A stretch of DNA of 63,944 nt, the filler included. It is 4 parts of 4 records of this genome, joined end to end, with 100 filler letters (N's around TTAATTAATTAA, not from the genome) between each part and the next. Parts side by side here need not be neighbours in the genome. Positions count along the whole stretch, not along the records: positions 58,913 to 63,944 come from SRR20825019_606; 3 more parts are not named here. One strand, written 5' to 3'. Under the pieces are notes generated by a model. That model saw only the letters and a program-made list of their open reading frames with translations. It made no database searches and was not told the origin of the DNA. Shown here piece by piece: positions 61,901 to 63,944 of this stretch. Position 1 is the first letter of the stretch, and the number at the start of each line of letters is the position of its first letter. The translations under genes were made by a program, and so were the position numbers.

Positions 61901-63944
61901 ACCACCACCACCACATCAACATCATCAACAACCCATGATGGTGGATGGTTTCATTCCACCTCCCCTCACATCATCATCATCGTCATCTGTCTCCAAAGGC
62001 CTGAAGAGGTACCTCAAACACATCTCGAATAGATGTGCATTGTCCACACTGGAGTCCAACTGTGCTCTTTCCATTTCATGTCTAAATGTGACTCTAGCCC
62101 TCCTTCGAAAGCTGGACTCGTTGTCAACCCAGGGAGGCTCGAATACCACCACCACTGGATCCCTCCACAACAACAACACGACAACAATGGCGTCGTCTTC
62201 AGTTAATTTTGAGTGCCAAGTTGGTTGTCTTTTTCGACTTGAAATGCCAACCATGCTGTGCCTAGTCCAAATGGAAGCCCATGGTATCGGCTTCGACCAC
62301 ACCTACTACGAGTCCCTACTGCGGCTGATGGATCGACGCCGGGTTGAGATCGAGGAGGAAGCGTATATGGCCGCAGGAGGCGTCAGTAACTGGGACCTCA
62401 CGTCCCCTAAGGATTGTGCCAGGGTGCTGTACGACGTACTCAATATGCCTTCTCTTGAACGGACTTTTGAAACAAAATATCTCCCAAAACGCCTTCATGG
62501 ATCTGCTGCAAAAGGACGGGGCCGAGGAGCAAACATTATGAGGGAAACGAGGAGCACGAAGCAGTCCGTATTAAAATCGTTGCAGCGGATGTTTCCAGAG
62601 AACCCCTTACCAACGCTACTAATGGAACATCGAACAATGGTGGGATGGAGTGAAAAATACCTACATGCAATTCTACATTTATCTAAAATCAGCACATCGA
62701 CGTCTTCGCGATTTTTTAGACGGATTCATGGAACGTTCTTACAAACGTCGACGGCGACTGGGAGACTCACAATGGAGGATCCCAATCTCCAAACCATCCC
62801 GCACCCCATCACATTCAAATTCACCAGACCGCCTGCTGATACTATCCATGTAGCTCTCCGTCGAGCCTTCATCGCACAGCCATTCCAACTAACGGACACC
62901 CACCGAAGCAGCTCTTCTTCCTCTCGTGTACCTACCACTTCTACTACACCAGTAAAGCAACACATTACTTGCTCAATTTGCAGTAAATCCTCCGACTTCC
63001 TTACCTCTCGTACATTGGGCCTAAAGTCTTCCCTCGATGGTGAGAGCAGTATTTTATCAGTCGATTATGGTCAGATTGAGGCAAGACTTCTTGCGCATTT
63101 TAGTCAAGATGAGAAGCTAATTGCAGTGTTTAAGCGCTGCTCTGGCATGGGCGGAAGTGGTGGAAGTGGAGAGACTCCTCTCGATATTTTCGAGGAGCTT
63201 GCGAGGCAGATTCAAGAGCGTGTCTTGGCACCAAATCGTACTCCCTCCTTGTCAACAACAAGCAAAAATAGGTCGAAAACTAAGAAGTCCTCTACAACGC
63301 CCCTCCCACCAACAAAGAAGCAATCTCCAGTGGTTGTAGCTACGACAACAGATCACCACCAACTACTTGATGTAGATGACATGGAAGATGAACGTGAAGG
63401 CAGACGCTCCGTCAACAGCCGTGCGAACCCCCTTGCTAGACGTGTCGGTGGGGGTGCTGATATTGGAGGCACCATCATTGGCCAAAAGAGGCCTCGAGAC
63501 GGTGATGATAAAGATGGGTACAAAGTACCAGGCATAGTTGTAATGGCTAATCGGGTCGAGACTCCTCCTGCCAGGCCACCCATTACCCCCGATCAGCGAA
63601 AAGCGGCCAAAACGTTATGTTATGGCATGATCTATGGTAAAGGCGCGAATGCAATCGCCGAAGACTTGGAGTTGGAAATCGATGAAGCAAAGGATCTACT
63701 TGCGGATTTCAGGGCAACGTATAAAACCGCAACTACTTTCATTGAGTCTGTTGGAAGCGCCTCGTCATCTGACGGCTTTGTTCGAACCATAACGGGCAGG
63801 AAGAGGTGGTTGCCGTATGCCAGCAGCAACAACCAACGTCATAAGAGTGCCTCTGACAGGATGTCTATAAACACTATGTGTCAAGGCTCGGCGGCTGATG
63901 TGATGAAGTTGGCGATGATTAACCTAGTATCCATTCCACCACCA
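58914..63944 (+). CDS. POLQ: Eukaryotic DNA polymerase theta (Ski2-like helicase plus family-A polymerase), partial at both ends
   Basis: Helicase motifs GVAFHHAGL, TTTLATGVNLPARRV, QAAGRAGR and LENDLHLLFLCTP; polymerase motifs TATGRL...PNLQ, DYGQIEARLLAH, AKTLCYGMIYG and CQGSAADVMK all fall in the same frame. The track lists no ORF in this frame, consistent with no stop. Confidence 0.9.

Noticed and set aside
59183-63832. Short ORFs called by the track in the last contig; possible alternative genetic code
   Set aside because: All overlap the single POLQ frame, which reads through under the standard code wherever checked.

Overview
The window is four unrelated contigs joined by artificial 100-nt linkers (N44-TTAATTAATTAA-N44) at 18270-18369, 44162-44261 and 58813-58912. 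(1) 1-18269 is an AT-rich Flavobacteriaceae core region: queG, YkvA, maeB, ruvA, sprA, gcvH, VanZ, two TonB paralogues, remB, an MBL hydrolase and cyoE. Its SprA carries an acidic DxDxDG repeat insertion. (2) 18370-44161 is a second flavobacterium (Muricauda/Flagellimonas-like by inference). It holds ilvD-ilvB-methyltransferase-ilvN with an uncalled Ile/Val-rich leader-peptide attenuator, pxpABC plus an NRAMP-family transporter, comM/yifB, an Ntn acylase, dsbD, tilS, pabB, lpdA and a DUF285 lipoprotein, and it has a shared 21-bp-period operator-like repeat at two loci. (3) 44262-58812 is a GC-rich alphaproteobacterium. Its locus looks like hut but is better explained as an ergothioneine-type (2-thiohistidine betaine) uptake and catabolism cluster: an MIO-less HAL-family lyase, an OsmF/YehZ ABC importer, a hydantoinase-like amidohydrolase, an N-carbamoylase, a DUF917 desulfurase and a divergent urocanase. 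A double-HTH LysR regulator and a flavoprotein disulfide reductase are transcribed divergently from it. (4) 58913-63944 is one uninterrupted frame, missed by the ORF track, encoding a eukaryotic DNA polymerase theta (helicase plus family-A polymerase), probably from an intron-poor protist. The strongest candidate system is the contig-3 cluster. The pathway type is known, but the lyase and amidohydrolase have unusual active-site variants.
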